Of a DNA stretch of 64,000 nt, positions 10,766-22,100 are shown piece after piece (the stretch's first letter is position 1; each line of letters opens with the position of its first letter). The stretch is from an uncultured virus (IMG/VR IMGVR_UViG_3300030328_002163) (lineage: Duplodnaviria > Heunggongvirae > Uroviricota > Caudoviricetes > Crassvirales). A program made the translations under genes and the position numbers. The stretch is taken from IMG/VR virus record IMGVR_UViG_3300030328_002163, one strand, 5' to 3'. The notes under the pieces were generated by a model, which saw only the letters and a program-made list of their open reading frames with translations, did not search any database and was not told the origin of the DNA.

Positions 10766-13011
10766 CTTTTAAGTAATTGACTAACTGAACTTTTATTGTT
10801 ATATCTTGCAAAGTTAATGCTTATTTTTGATTGTTTTTGAACTGGAGTATATAGGTGTTTTTGGTTAGACATTATAGCAAGACCTGAGCTTATCGATGCA
10901 TCAAATCGTGTACGATTATTAATATCAAATTTTGCCCAATCCTCTAAAGTTCTTTGAAAATACATTGTACCCATTACATCTTTATCTCTATACGTTCCAT
11001 CTACATCAAGGCCTATATGTTTTTCAATATAAGACTCAATTGCAGAAGCATGTGATTGTTTTACATCTTCTGAGCTATTTGGTATACCACCTAGCTCCTT
11101 TTCTGTTTTAGACAGCTTGTTATATTTTTTATCCGGTCTATTTAAACAATAACCTCTGTATCCTCGATTTTTGAAATGATACAATAAACGAGGTTTATTG
11201 TTTTCACATAATATAGGCATACCATAAAAAACACAAGCCATCAATACTTCTTCAAAAAATATTTCTGCCGTTTGGGGTCGGGCTATGTATTCAAGAAAAA
11301 ACTCATTACTAGGAGCCTCATCCATGTTAAATTTTGTGAGCCCATGTAATGATCCATTAGAACCTTTACCAACAACTACTCCAGAAATGTCATAAGAGTC
11401 ACAACCAAAAGAACCAAGATGTTCGTTTCCAGGTCTTTTTTGTCCTCCCCTTTCAATAACGTTATTTTGAAGTGAAGCCTTTGGGATGTAAGTTACAAAA
11501 AATCTTCCTCTTTTATTTGGGCTCCATATAACCTTAGAATCTTTTATACCATCTTTCCAATGAAAACCGCCTTGAGTGACATGATGTTGTATAATTAAAG
11601 AGTCATTGTAATCTATCTGTTGATATATTTTAGTAAGGTTAAATAAAGACTGTTTACTTTCATCTCTAAATGCATGAGACTCAGATCTTGGAAATTGTCT
11701 ATAAAACTCATTTAAAGCATCAGGATCGTTTTTTAATGACTCAACTTCATTTTCCCAATAGTTTATCGCACCTTGAGAAATCATTTCACCATCAATACCC
11801 ATAACAGGTTTTGTAGGATTTTTTAATACAGGCATTCCATATATATCTATAAACCCTTCCATATTCCACTCCATAGGAACAAACAAATTATATAGCCCGC
11901 TTTTAGTTTGACCATTAGAGTTTCTTTTCATACAATCAGAATCTTCAAATAAAGACTTAAAGTTTCTTCCTCCTTTATCTAATGCATTAGAAGTAGAACC
12001 CATTAGGCATTTACCGATTACTTTACTACCTAATCGCAAACAAGTTTTAGTTACCCTCCAATTATTTAATATGTTTTCAGGTCTCTCCCATTTACCACTT
12101 TCATCATGAATTAGTAATTGTAACTTCTCACCATCATAACTGTTATCTGATGTGTTCTTCCAGTCAATAGTTGTATCTAACCCTTCTAGCTCTTCTTCAT
12201 CCACCACATACATATTCTTCTTGGTAATCTTAGATGCAGGAACTCTATAGGCTAACTCTGTTTTAGGTTTATCCATACCATCTTGAATCGGTTTAAAAAA
12301 GAACGGATAGTTGTTAGATATAGGAACAATCTTGTCGGTAAACATTTTTTTAGCATCTGCTCCAGTTTTAGAAAGTATACCTATTCGAGAGTCTTTTGTT
12401 ATCGTGGCAGTATTTACACCTTCACAAGAACTCATAAAAGAAAAACCTGAACGTCTTATTTTTAAATAACACATTCCAAAACTTCTTTTGTCAGCTTTAG
12501 ATGCTTCCCAAAATATATAAAACAATCTATTAGCTTCTCTAAAATCAGGATGCCCAACATCTATTTTAGTCCATTGTAGATACATATAATGAGTGCCGGT
12601 AATGTACGTTGGTTCGCCATTATTCATAAACCAAAAACCTTCTTCCCTTCTATCGAACTCTTGCTCGATATAATCTACCCATTTGTTTTTAAATTGGGGA
12701 GGGGTGTCATGCCATTGAAATATAGATTGTATTTTTTTTAATTCTTTAGGTAAAACATGTGGCTCCCAATACTGTTCTTCTTTTTTTTTGTCTCGTGCAT
12801 ACACCTCGTTAGGAGGTTTAGGTAACGCTATGTTTAAACCATTTATATTTATTATCTGATCTATTTGTCCAGTTTTAGAAATAACAACAAAATCATATTT
12901 ATCATTATACCCATAAAGCCAAGTCCGAGCTCTATTCTTAGTTGCTAACACATTTTTAGGAACTATATTATAAAGATTTTTATATAAACTATTTTGATCT
13001 TGATTCTGCAA
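10762..13011 (-). CDS. terL: Terminase large subunit
   Basis: KIRRSGFS Walker A-like, LLIHDESGKW Walker B, GCDSYD nuclease motif. Confidence 0.9.
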   Translation of the reverse strand: MQNQDQNSLYKNLYNIVPKNVLATKNRARTWLYGYNDKYDFVVISKTGQIDQIININGLNIALPKPPNEVYARDKKKEEQYWEPHVLPKELKKIQSIFQWHDTPPQFKNKWVDYIEQEFDRREEGFWFMNNGEPTYITGTHYMYLQWTKIDVGHPDFREANRLFYIFWEASKADKRSFGMCYLKIRRSGFSFMSSCEGVNTATITKDSRIGILSKTGADAKKMFTDKIVPISNNYPFFFKPIQDGMDKPKTELAYRVPASKITKKNMYVVDEEELEGLDTTIDWKNTSDNSYDGEKLQLLIHDESGKWERPENILNNWRVTKTCLRLGSKVIGKCLMGSTSNALDKGGRNFKSLFEDSDCMKRNSNGQTKSGLYNLFVPMEWNMEGFIDIYGMPVLKNPTKPVMGIDGEMISQGAINYWENEVESLKNDPDALNEFYRQFPRSESHAFRDESKQSLFNLTKIYQQIDYNDSLIIQHHVTQGGFHWKDGIKDSKVIWSPNKRGRFFVTYIPKASLQNNVIERGGQKRPGNEHLGSFGCDSYDISGVVVGKGSNGSLHGLTKFNMDEAPSNEFFLEYIARPQTAEIFFEEVLMACVFYGMPILCENNKPRLLYHFKNRGYRGYCLNRPDKKYNKLSKTEKELGGIPNSSEDVKQSHASAIESYIEKHIGLDVDGTYRDKDVMGTMYFQRTLEDWAKFDINNRTRFDASISSGLAIMSNQKHLYTPVQKQSKISINFARYNNKSSVSQLLKR

Positions 13012-13264
13012 AGCCTTTAGGTGTATTATTTTTAACTATATCATTTCCTTCTATTAATTGCTTCTCTTCTTCGATTCGCTTTAATATTTCAAATGCATCA
13101 AAGATAGCAAGTTTTTTTGTAGCTGCTGCATTTTTTAATCTGTCTGCGGCCAACTCATCATCTTTATCGTATTTAATAATATCCTCTTTGGCTACTTTTA
13201 TAAGTTGAGTAACTGCTTTTTCGCCAGCTTTAATTATTTCTTCTTTTATTTTTTTACTGTCCAT
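12989..13264 (-). CDS. Terminase small subunit (putative)
   Basis: 91 aa helical protein overlapping the start of terL. Confidence 0.55.
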   Translation of the reverse strand: MDSKKIKEEIIKAGEKAVTQLIKVAKEDIIKYDKDDELAADRLKNAAATKKLAIFDAFEILKRIEEEKQLIEGNDIVKNNTPKGFAESRSK

Positions 13265-13830
13265 TATAATACCATTGTTATATTATTGGTAAACATGCGA
13301 TATAATTTTTCATCATCTATATAAAACTCATATTCACTATCTGGAGAAAAAGTTATTTGATCTCCTTCTTTTACACCTAAAGATTTTAGTTCTTTATTAG
13401 AATATTTTAATATACCATGTAATGGTTCTTCTTTAATATTAACCCCTTCAATATAATAATCTTTTTTTGGAATAGGTTTTACAAAACAATATTTATCATG
13501 CCCATACCATCTTCCTTTTTTGTTATATAAAAAAAACTGATCATAATCAATAAAGAATAAATCATCTTTAAAAAAACTTTTACCACTTTTTTCTCTACCC
13601 TTCATGTCAAAATAAAATTTAAAGACATTGTGGTGTACCAACAAGATATCTCCTTTTGAAATATCGCCACTATAATTTAATGGAGTAGATACCACTTTTG
13701 CAAACCTATTAGACGCTTTGTGGTCTTCTTTAGAAACGCTGGTTATAAAGTCTATACCTCCTAAGTCTTTTATATTATCATAACGCCTACCTTTTATTGG
13801 GCGCACTATAAAAGAATAAGGTGATTGCAT
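13264..13830 (-). CDS. Tandem GroES-like (co-chaperonin fold) protein
   Basis: Two repeats of a pattern like FxVxP...GxV...xKxGDx(I/V); 188 aa. Confidence 0.55.
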   Translation of the reverse strand: MQSPYSFIVRPIKGRRYDNIKDLGGIDFITSVSKEDHKASNRFAKVVSTPLNYSGDISKGDILLVHHNVFKFYFDMKGREKSGKSFFKDDLFFIDYDQFFLYNKKGRWYGHDKYCFVKPIPKKDYYIEGVNIKEEPLHGILKYSNKELKSLGVKEGDQITFSPDSEYEFYIDDEKLYRMFTNNITMVL

Positions 13831-14054
13831 TAAAAATCTAAATTATATTCTACTGAAATAGGCATAGTGTTTTTAAACTCTTTCCACATAATAAGCTCAT
13901 TACTTCTTTGAATCCAAATTTTATAAGAATTAGTGTTCGGATCGCTTTGTATTAAATGTATTTGATATCTTCCGTTTAAAACCTCTTGTCCCACAATATA
14001 ATGCATGGCTCCAGACTTGTAGTCTGCTCCTATAGAGATTTTTCTAATGTCCAT
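13830..14054 (-). CDS. Hypothetical protein
   Basis: 74 aa, translationally coupled to the downstream gene. Confidence 0.6.
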   Translation of the reverse strand: MDIRKISIGADYKSGAMHYIVGQEVLNGRYQIHLIQSDPNTNSYKIWIQRSNELIMWKEFKNTMPISVEYNLDF

Positions 14055-14058
14055 CGGA

Positions 14059-14589
14059 TTAAAATGTAGAATCTAACTTTAGTGTTCGGTAAGTTATATT
14101 TACATACAATGTTCCGTTTCCTTGAGTTGGATTACTTCCTGCTTTAGATAAAACCACTGCTGTGTTTATAGGAACTTGTTGAGCACCTCCTCCAGTATAT
14201 ACTTGTGCAACATAATCTACACTAGAGTTCATAGTTGCTATGGTAATATCACCTAAAGCAAGTGCACCCATGTCTATTGTTGGTAAATCTGCTGCATAGT
14301 CATAAGTTACCGAACCTGGATCCATAAAAACCACTATTCTCTGTATGTCATATACATATGCAGAACCAGGAGTTGGAAGTAATTCAAAATCTTGTGTAGC
14401 TAAAACATTTAAAAAAGTAGATGAAACTGCTACAGTTTTAGATGTTACATCAACATTATATAATTTTTGTAAAGCCTCTAGGGTACAAGTTTTGGTGGAT
14501 AAGTCATCATTAGCATCTGTCAAAACAAAGTAATCTGACAATACAGGATCAATGTTAGGATAGATGCTAGTGTTACTTATTCTTGCCAT
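14059..14589 (-). CDS. Virion structural protein (tail/fibre associated)
   Basis: MARISNTSIYP N-terminus resembles that of 27060..27785. Confidence 0.5.
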   Translation of the reverse strand: MARISNTSIYPNIDPVLSDYFVLTDANDDLSTKTCTLEALQKLYNVDVTSKTVAVSSTFLNVLATQDFELLPTPGSAYVYDIQRIVVFMDPGSVTYDYAADLPTIDMGALALGDITIATMNSSVDYVAQVYTGGGAQQVPINTAVVLSKAGSNPTQGNGTLYVNITYRTLKLDSTF

Positions 14590-14852
14590 TATTTTACTTC
14601 TTCTACAGGTTGTGCTGCTTCAACTGTTTCTTTTATTGCGCCTGTTGCTAAATCAATAGAAACATCTTTACCATACTTTTCCATAAGATTTTTTTCATCA
14701 ACTTTAAATGCTGCTCTAAGATCATCCATTTGAGCTAATAATTCTTTTTGTTGTAGTAAAGAATCCGCGATTGCTAATTTAGTTTTGGTGAACTCTTGGT
14801 TCATCCCTTGGAGTCTTTTTAACTCGTCTTCTGTAATTTTTTTTTCTGCCAT
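14589..14852 (-). CDS. Small coiled-coil protein, possible fibre assembly chaperone
   Basis: 87 aa, KYGKDVSIDLATG motif; near the fibre genes. Confidence 0.45.
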   Translation of the reverse strand: MAEKKITEDELKRLQGMNQEFTKTKLAIADSLLQQKELLAQMDDLRAAFKVDEKNLMEKYGKDVSIDLATGAIKETVEAAQPVEEVK

Positions 14853-14882
14853 TGTATTTAATTTAATTTAAGTTATAAAAAA

Positions 14883-14890
14883 CAAATATA
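14883..14890 (-). promoter_or_regulatory. Bacteroidota -7 element TATATTTG
   Basis: TAnnTTTG upstream of ATG 14852. Confidence 0.65.
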
Positions 14891-14904
14891 GTAAAATATT
14901 ATTA

Positions 14905-15297
14905 TTATTCACTTTCTTCTTCCTCTTCTTCTACTGGAGGAGCTGGTGGATTTTGCCATGAAAAATATAAATCTTCATTTACAGGATGTATCTGTGCATC
15001 AATATTTTCATCTAATGATTTTTTCATTGCATCTACATCTAGAGCTCCTTCTAACCATCCAATAACCACATTTTCAAACGCTTCTGTATTTTCATAAGGA
15101 ACAAAAGGCTCTCCTTTTACATATGTAAAACCTTGGGCTCCGATTTGTGATGCACTATAATAAACATCTGTACCAGGCATTTTTTCACTAGACGTAGCTA
15201 GGTAGCTCCAATGCACTGTATAAATCACATTTGACTCACCCTCTGCTTGAATGTGAGCATTCATTTGATTAATTGTCCAAGAATATGTATTTGCCAT
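14905..15297 (-). CDS. Tail-fibre-associated hypothetical protein
   Basis: 130 aa, YSWTI...VIYTVHW...FVPYE...VIGWL pattern, which I recall next to marine phage fibre genes. Confidence 0.55.
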   Translation of the reverse strand: MANTYSWTINQMNAHIQAEGESNVIYTVHWSYLATSSEKMPGTDVYYSASQIGAQGFTYVKGEPFVPYENTEAFENVVIGWLEGALDVDAMKKSLDENIDAQIHPVNEDLYFSWQNPPAPPVEEEEEESE

Positions 15298-15313
15298 AAT
15301 ATTATATTTTACA

Positions 15314-15321
15314 CAAAGATA
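15314..15321 (-). promoter_or_regulatory. Bacteroidota -7 element TATCTTTG
   Basis: TAnnTTTG upstream of ATG 15297. Confidence 0.65.
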
Positions 15322-15339
15322 CTTATTTTATTTTTATAG

Positions 15340-15777
15340 TTAACAAGTATTGACATTTCCATGTAATTCCCCTGTTCCTAATATTAACCTAGTATATTTA
15401 TTCGTATCAAACTTATAATACCCGTTAGCGAGGGGGTTATTTCCTGCACTATCTGAATATAAAAAATCTCCTGTGGTGGGTTGTGCACCACTCCCTGAAT
15501 GATAATACGTTTGATCTATAGTTTCAGAGCAAACTCCGTTAAAATTTGAATTCACAGAAGAAGAATATGCGGTTAGTGTTGCATAGGTTTTACCATAAAA
15601 TTCTGAATAAGAATGAGGAGCTGATTGGTTAACTCCTGAATCCTCATATATTTTTACAAGAGATCCTGCTTGTGGTGTTGAGCTTGTTCCTGATAATGGG
15701 GCATTCGCTGTGCCACTTCTGTTTGCTTCGACATTTATGTCGTTTGCTGATATTTCACCTGATGATGGTAGTGTCAT
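15340..15777 (-). CDS. Fibre-tip/adhesin-like protein with a Cys-bounded YYHxGSG domain
   Basis: MTLPSSGEISANDINVE N-terminus typical of fibre-tip proteins; C-terminal domain shared with 61541..64000. Confidence 0.55.
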   Translation of the reverse strand: MTLPSSGEISANDINVEANRSGTANAPLSGTSSTPQAGSLVKIYEDSGVNQSAPHSYSEFYGKTYATLTAYSSSVNSNFNGVCSETIDQTYYHSGSGAQPTTGDFLYSDSAGNNPLANGYYKFDTNKYTRLILGTGELHGNVNTC

Positions 15778-15797
15778 AATTTATTTATTTGTTTGTT

Positions 15798-15905
15798 TTA
15801 TTCTAAAACCCAATCTGTTCCGTTATATATATAATACTCTTCTTCCCATAATACTCTGTCTCCAGTTACTGCGCCGGGAAATAATATGTTTTTAGGTATA
15901 CTCAT
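15798..15905 (-). CDS. 35 aa fibre-associated peptide (below ORF track cutoff)
   Basis: MSIPKNILFPGAVTGDRVLWEEEYYIYNGTDWVLE fills the gap between genes. Confidence 0.55.
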   Translation of the reverse strand: MSIPKNILFPGAVTGDRVLWEEEYYIYNGTDWVLE

Positions 15906-15915
15906 AATTTTATTT

Positions 15916-18900
15916 TTAATAAACTCCAGTTAGATTATTTGATGTAGTTTCAGCTGTTACATAAGATGATCTCCAAGGATAAGGTGTATAATATTGACAA
16001 AAATCAATAACAGGCTGCATATAAGTATTTTGTCTTAAAACAATAACACAATAACCATCACTTGATGTATAAGGATTTTGTACAAATCCTGACTGTGCAA
16101 AATTTAATACGCTTAAACTAGCAAAACTACCACTCCAGTTATGAAACATACAGGTACCATGACCGAAACCGGGATAAGAACCATAATATGCATAACCTTT
16201 AACTTCGAATCCACCCATTATATATTCGGTATTTCCAGCAGGACTTCCACCCATCCATAAATTTGTTTTTATATGCCTGTATGAATCTGTGCTAGTTATA
16301 GGCCCGCAAATATACCAACCTCGCATTATTCTTTTATTATATAAAGGTCCTTCAACATGTAGAGTTGTATTTCCTTGACTACCCGAACCTACTACGCCCA
16401 CGGGCCCAGATGTTCCTACTCCTACATTTCCGGTTAAACCCTCAATCATCATTTTACTATCACTAATAGTAGCACTATTACTATCGTTTGCGGTATCTAC
16501 TAAAAAGTGTAAATCTTGTCTAGCTGCACCATCTCCTAAAGCTTTAGCTACAATCCCCACTTTTCTATAAGACGCATTAGAGGTTTCGGCATACCCTAAG
16601 CTTATTCCTCCCCAAACACCAGAACTATTATTTTGTCCTTGACCAACATGTGCATTCAGAGCTGAATCAGCACCATCTACTTCAAGTGTAGTGTGTGGAC
16701 TTGTAATTCCAATTCCAACATTGCCTGAAGAATCAATAGTCATATAAGTATTATTACTAGCAGTATTTTGGAATTTGTGAGTATCTGATTGATAGAGAAG
16801 AGCAGTATTAGAACTATCAGAACCTATTGCTGAATATGTAGTATTACCATTATTACTTTTAAATTGAATATAAAAATTATTATCTGATGAACGACCTTGT
16901 AATCGTAATCCAGTAGTAATGCCATTTGGTTTTAAAGTCACAGCGCCATCATTATCAATACGCATTCTTTCTGTATTATCTCCAGTTGCAAAAGTCATTG
17001 CTGTATCTCCTCCAGAACTTGAAGTCGCTATATAATTTATAGAACCTCTTACACTTGCTCCAGGTCCAGAACCATCTGCTGAATAAAAGTTTATTCCACC
17101 AATTCTTTCTCCACTCCAACTCGCGTCATTTTTAGTACATCCTAAAGTAATTATAGAAGTGTTAACAGCTCCTTCTAAATTTAAAAGTGTATCAGGCGAT
17201 GTAGTTCCAATTCCTACGTTTCCTCCAATTTCTATCTTCATTCTATCATCCCAGGTTCTTGCACCTGAAGTTTCATCTGAAGTTTGAAAAGAAAATCCAC
17301 CGCCATTAAATAACATTCTAGAAGCTGAATAAGCTCCTCTAACATTACCATTTGGAAGTGTATTCCCTGCTATAAAAGGCCCAACCGCTGCGGTACTTCC
17401 GATTCCAACACTTCCTGAACCACCTCCTGTAACATCATAATATATTCCAGGCTCATTTGAATTTGAAGCTCTATTTACCATTAAAGGAGTTGAAGGCGAA
17501 GTTGTTCCGATTCCTACATTTCCGTCATCTCCAATAAACATTAAACTTGAACCAGATCCATCTTTAAATTGAAAGTTTCTTGACGATTGGTCATTATCTG
17601 AATCTATTGTAATAGCACCTGATTCTCTGAATTTTATTTGTGCAAAATCAGCTACTTGAAAATCTAAAGCAGTTGCAGTAGCTAAAGATAAATTCCCAGA
17701 ACTGTCTATACGCATTGTTTCTGTTACTGCACCACCTACAGGCCTTGTGTGAAATTGTAAATTAGTTCCTACATTATCCGTATCAGCACCTGCTCTAATT
17801 ATAGCAACTGTTGAAACAGCAGAATTATACCAAGCAAGATCACCTCTATTTCCACTTGTAACAGAGCTAGAATTAGAAATGGCTATCGTAGTAGCACTTG
17901 CACTTTCAACTTGCAAATTAGCAGCAGGCGTCTTAGTCCCGATACCTACATTTCCTCCAGATGGTTGAAAAGAAATATTTCCTGCATTTGCAACACCTTG
18001 TTCTATTGTTTGAAACATCCATTTTCTATCAGCAGCAGCTGCGGCACCTTCAGTATACACTTGTAATGTAGCATAATTACTTGCTTCATTAGAAGTTCCT
18101 ATATACATAATCTCTGAAGTACCTGTATTTGTTTTTGTTGCGTTTCTACCAATATCTAAAATTGCCGCAGGTGAAGTTATTCCAATTCCTACGTTTCCAC
18201 CATTAGCAATACTTATACGATCGAGATTATTTGTTTTTAAATTAAATGCATGGTTGGTGTTTGTTCCTAAAGACATGTCTGTGGTAGCATCATCATAGCT
18301 CCAATCACCACCTACTGCTCCTCCAGATCTTTTAGCTTCATAGAGTTTTACTGAACCACTTGATGCATATGCTCCAGTGGAGCTTACAACTGTAGCTCCC
18401 GCTACTGTGCCGACAAAACTTGCTGTTCCTAAAGTAATTGTTCCGCTAACAGTTATATCACCTGCAAAAGTTGCATTTTGTGAAGTGTCTATGGTTATTG
18501 CTGCTGTGTTATTTGATAAAATTTCAAGGTTATGATTACTAGATGTACCAACTCTACCCACACTAGCACCCATTATTTTTGTTGTAGCACCACCGCTTTC
18601 AGCAGCTGAAATTGTAGCGTTCGATGCAGTAGTTGTTATATTACCAGATGTTGCTATTGCACCTGTAAAAGTTGATGTGCCTGTACCTGTGACTTTTAAA
18701 TCTAACCCACTTGCAACAAAAGTGTTCGCATCACTGTGTGAACCACTTGTACCAAAAACTACCGTTCCTGTGCCAGTAGCATCTACATTATATCCATATG
18801 CTTGAGAGTAAGTTCCTGAGGCAGTTGAGTTGTAACCCATAGCAATGGATTGATTTCCTGTAGCATTTGAGTCATAACCAAATGCTATTGCTTGATCGCC

Positions 18901-19188
18901 ACTAGCAGTAGCAGCGTAACCAACTTGTATACCCTGTGCACCAGGAGTGGAATTTGAACCTATTTTTATTTTATCATCTGCAAATATTAATCGTTTAGTA
19001 GCTGCCAATGTTACATCACCTGAAAAAGTATTATTTCCTGTGCCTGAAGCTTGTATAACGCCGCCCACAGCAACAACTCCTGTATTTGGATTTAAGGCAA
19101 GATTAACTCCACTTGGCGTTAATATTTGACCGCCATTAATTGTTACATTACCATCAATAGTTTCTCCACTTAAAAATCTAATAGCCAT
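15916..19188 (-). CDS. Tail fibre protein 3
   Basis: GNVGIGTxxP repeats and YadA-head-like repeats (AIAFGYDSNATG); no S74 chaperone domain. Confidence 0.8.
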   Translation of the reverse strand: MAIRFLSGETIDGNVTINGGQILTPSGVNLALNPNTGVVAVGGVIQASGTGNNTFSGDVTLAATKRLIFADDKIKIGSNSTPGAQGIQVGYAATASGDQAIAFGYDSNATGNQSIAMGYNSTASGTYSQAYGYNVDATGTGTVVFGTSGSHSDANTFVASGLDLKVTGTGTSTFTGAIATSGNITTTASNATISAAESGGATTKIMGASVGRVGTSSNHNLEILSNNTAAITIDTSQNATFAGDITVSGTITLGTASFVGTVAGATVVSSTGAYASSGSVKLYEAKRSGGAVGGDWSYDDATTDMSLGTNTNHAFNLKTNNLDRISIANGGNVGIGITSPAAILDIGRNATKTNTGTSEIMYIGTSNEASNYATLQVYTEGAAAAADRKWMFQTIEQGVANAGNISFQPSGGNVGIGTKTPAANLQVESASATTIAISNSSSVTSGNRGDLAWYNSAVSTVAIIRAGADTDNVGTNLQFHTRPVGGAVTETMRIDSSGNLSLATATALDFQVADFAQIKFRESGAITIDSDNDQSSRNFQFKDGSGSSLMFIGDDGNVGIGTTSPSTPLMVNRASNSNEPGIYYDVTGGGSGSVGIGSTAAVGPFIAGNTLPNGNVRGAYSASRMLFNGGGFSFQTSDETSGARTWDDRMKIEIGGNVGIGTTSPDTLLNLEGAVNTSIITLGCTKNDASWSGERIGGINFYSADGSGPGASVRGSINYIATSSSGGDTAMTFATGDNTERMRIDNDGAVTLKPNGITTGLRLQGRSSDNNFYIQFKSNNGNTTYSAIGSDSSNTALLYQSDTHKFQNTASNNTYMTIDSSGNVGIGITSPHTTLEVDGADSALNAHVGQGQNNSSGVWGGISLGYAETSNASYRKVGIVAKALGDGAARQDLHFLVDTANDSNSATISDSKMMIEGLTGNVGVGTSGPVGVVGSGSQGNTTLHVEGPLYNKRIMRGWYICGPITSTDSYRHIKTNLWMGGSPAGNTEYIMGGFEVKGYAYYGSYPGFGHGTCMFHNWSGSFASLSVLNFAQSGFVQNPYTSSDGYCVIVLRQNTYMQPVIDFCQYYTPYPWRSSYVTAETTSNNLTGVY

Positions 19189-22100
19189 TATTTATTCTTT
19201 TTTAGTTCTTCAATTTCTGCCTTTAATTCTTTTATAGCCTCTATAAGATAGCCTGTTAAATTACCATAAGCAACACCTAGTGTTCCATCGTTTGCTGTTT
19301 TAATTAATTCAGGAGCTATTTCTTGTATTTCTTGAGCAATAACACCTGAGCCCTCTTTACCCGTGTCTTTTCTAGTAAAACTTACCCCTCTCATGTCATA
19401 CACCTTAGAGCCCTCTAAAGTTTTAATATTTTTCTTTAATTTTTTATCAGAATATGCTACCACATCTCCCGCCATTGTTAAGGTTCCAGCATCCGTACTA
19501 TAACAGTCAATTTGACCAAATTGTTGATATGCTGATCCGTTATATCCTTGAAATACAAATAAAGCTTCTCCATTATTTGCACCCTTGATTGTTCCAAATG
19601 CTGCTTCAGTATTACCCGCATGACTAAACCGTATTCCTATATAATCATTAGTAGTGTTTACCCCTTGTATGTTCATTGAAGGATAAGCATTAAATGATGT
19701 AGCGCTATAAGCAGTTGTAGTATCTTGAGTGATGGTTAATCCTCCGTTGTTTTGTACCTTTCCATAAAGCCATAGCTTTGCAGTACTTGATGACGTTGTT
19801 CCAATACCTAAATTTCCTCCAGCAATAAATGAGGCGTCATTTGCTCTAAATCTAACTTTTTGAGTACCATTATAATACAACCCTAAAAACCCTTCGTTTG
19901 AAAAATATTGTTCTAAAGAAGCTATTTTAGTACCAGTAGATGGTGAATTTGTAAATATTTGAATACCAGCTGTTCCTGACCCCCAAATCTTTTGTAAAAT
20001 ATTAAAACTTCCATCACCAAGTTGAAAATGGCACTGAGGATTAGTTGTTCCAATTCCTACATATCCACTACCTTTTACCGACATAAAGTTTGTAGTGTCG
20101 TTTGTGTTACTCACTTTAAGAGCATATTCAGTAGAAGTTGTACCCGCTTGAATTAATAACCCATTAGAGTCACTTTGTGCATTTGTATTTCTGATAATAC
20201 CAGTATATCCCGCAGTAGAGGTTAATGCTTCTAATCTAGCGTTAGGCCCATCAGTTCCAATTCCTACGTTTCCACTACTTGTAATTGACATTCTTTTTGC
20301 AGGTGTACTCATATTGGTATAAAAATCCATACCGCTGTGTCCTGTCATAAACAAATGAGTTTGAGAATAATCAATTCCTAATAAAGCTCTATTACCCGCA
20401 TTATCTTGGAATAACAAATGAGGATTAAGATTACTTGATGTAGTGCCTGAGTTTTTAATGTATACCGGAGCAATGGTGTCACTATCTCCTATAAAAGCAG
20501 AAAATAATCCACTATTTCCTAACACTTCAAATTTTTCTGATGAACTTATAGATGTTGTGGTTGCCCCTATCAAAACGGCGCCTGTATTATCATTATATAT
20601 ATTATTTCCACTACCAGTCCAATATGCATCATCTGTTCCACCATGAGACATTGGGAAGTTGTTGGATAATAAAGTGTCTACAGCAGAAAACGAAGTGACA
20701 AAGGTAATGTCCCATGCTCCTAAATACTGCTCTATGTTTGTATCATAGCCCCCATAAAAATCTCTTACTATAATTTGAGGATAGTTCCATGTGGTGTCTG
20801 TATCTCCAATCCACACACAATGTACACTGCCATTGTCTCCAAACCGCACATTATAATTTTGTGTTGTTGTACTAGCAATTACTTGTGCAGTACAATTTAC
20901 CCAAGTATCGTTTCCAATTCCTTCGTAAATGTACCCACCAACAAACACTGTAACACTTTCTTTGCCTTCATAATCAAAAATGTCTATAACAAATTTAACC
21001 ATATCATATCTTGCCGCACCTCCAGTAGGTATTCTAATTTCTATAGCCCCCGTGTGTGCTCCAGTAGAGGTCATATAATCAGCCCCATGTGGCCTCATTA
21101 TATATCCTCCAGTGCTTCCTATGTCTTGCCACACATTTTTATCAAACTCTACATCACCTGAAAAAGTTGCAGCACCTGCAATAATACTTTTCGTTCCAGT
21201 GCTAAAACTACCAGAACCATCTCCTGAATCTATATTAAGATTTCCACCATACGCTTTAACAGTCCAACTTCTTGTGCCAGATTGATCAAAACCTAATCTT
21301 GAACCATTAGTTATCAATAAGCCCTGGTCTCCTGATGAATTTAAGTTAGCACTTGTGGTAATACCACCTGCATAAGCTGTAATTTGCCCTGCAAAAGTTG
21401 CGTTTTCAGAACTATCTATTGTTAAAGCATCAGAAGTTCCTAAAGATGCACTATTAGATATTCTAAATGAATTATCAGTGCCATCTTTTCCTATAGTCCA
21501 ATGTGTGGTATTTCCACCACTTCCGTCATCTGTTCCAAATTCTATTTCAGCATCACCAGTTGCCGATATTAACATACTAGTACCACCATTAGTCCTATAC
21601 AACTTATAACCAAGTGCATCTCCAGTCAAATGAGTCACTTGTCCAACAAAAACATGATTATCTGAAGTTCCAGTTCCCAAAGTCGCATCTCCTGTACAGT
21701 AAAGAGTGAGTGTTTCTGTTAGTCCGTTTACATTTATTCCAGCAGAGCTTACTTCTACTTTAGTAGCATTACTTACTCTTAGCTTTGTGTTTTTAGTAGA
21801 ATTTAAATTAAATGCTCCACCAACCATGTTGATGTAACCCACATCGCTGTTAGCACTTCTAATAACCGATATACCACTTGTAAAAACAGTGTCTTGTGTG
21901 TCTTTTACAGATAAAGAAGTTGCCGCTGCACCAGCATCATTAATACCTACATTACCAGTGGTTGCTAAATAAAAATGAGATGTTGTTCCTATTTGTAGTT
22001 GTATGCCTCCAGCTTGTGAATTTAGTTTTAACCCTCCACTAGCTCCTGAATCAGTTGTAATTATTCCTGCATCTGCCCATCCTGTAACTCCAGTATATCC

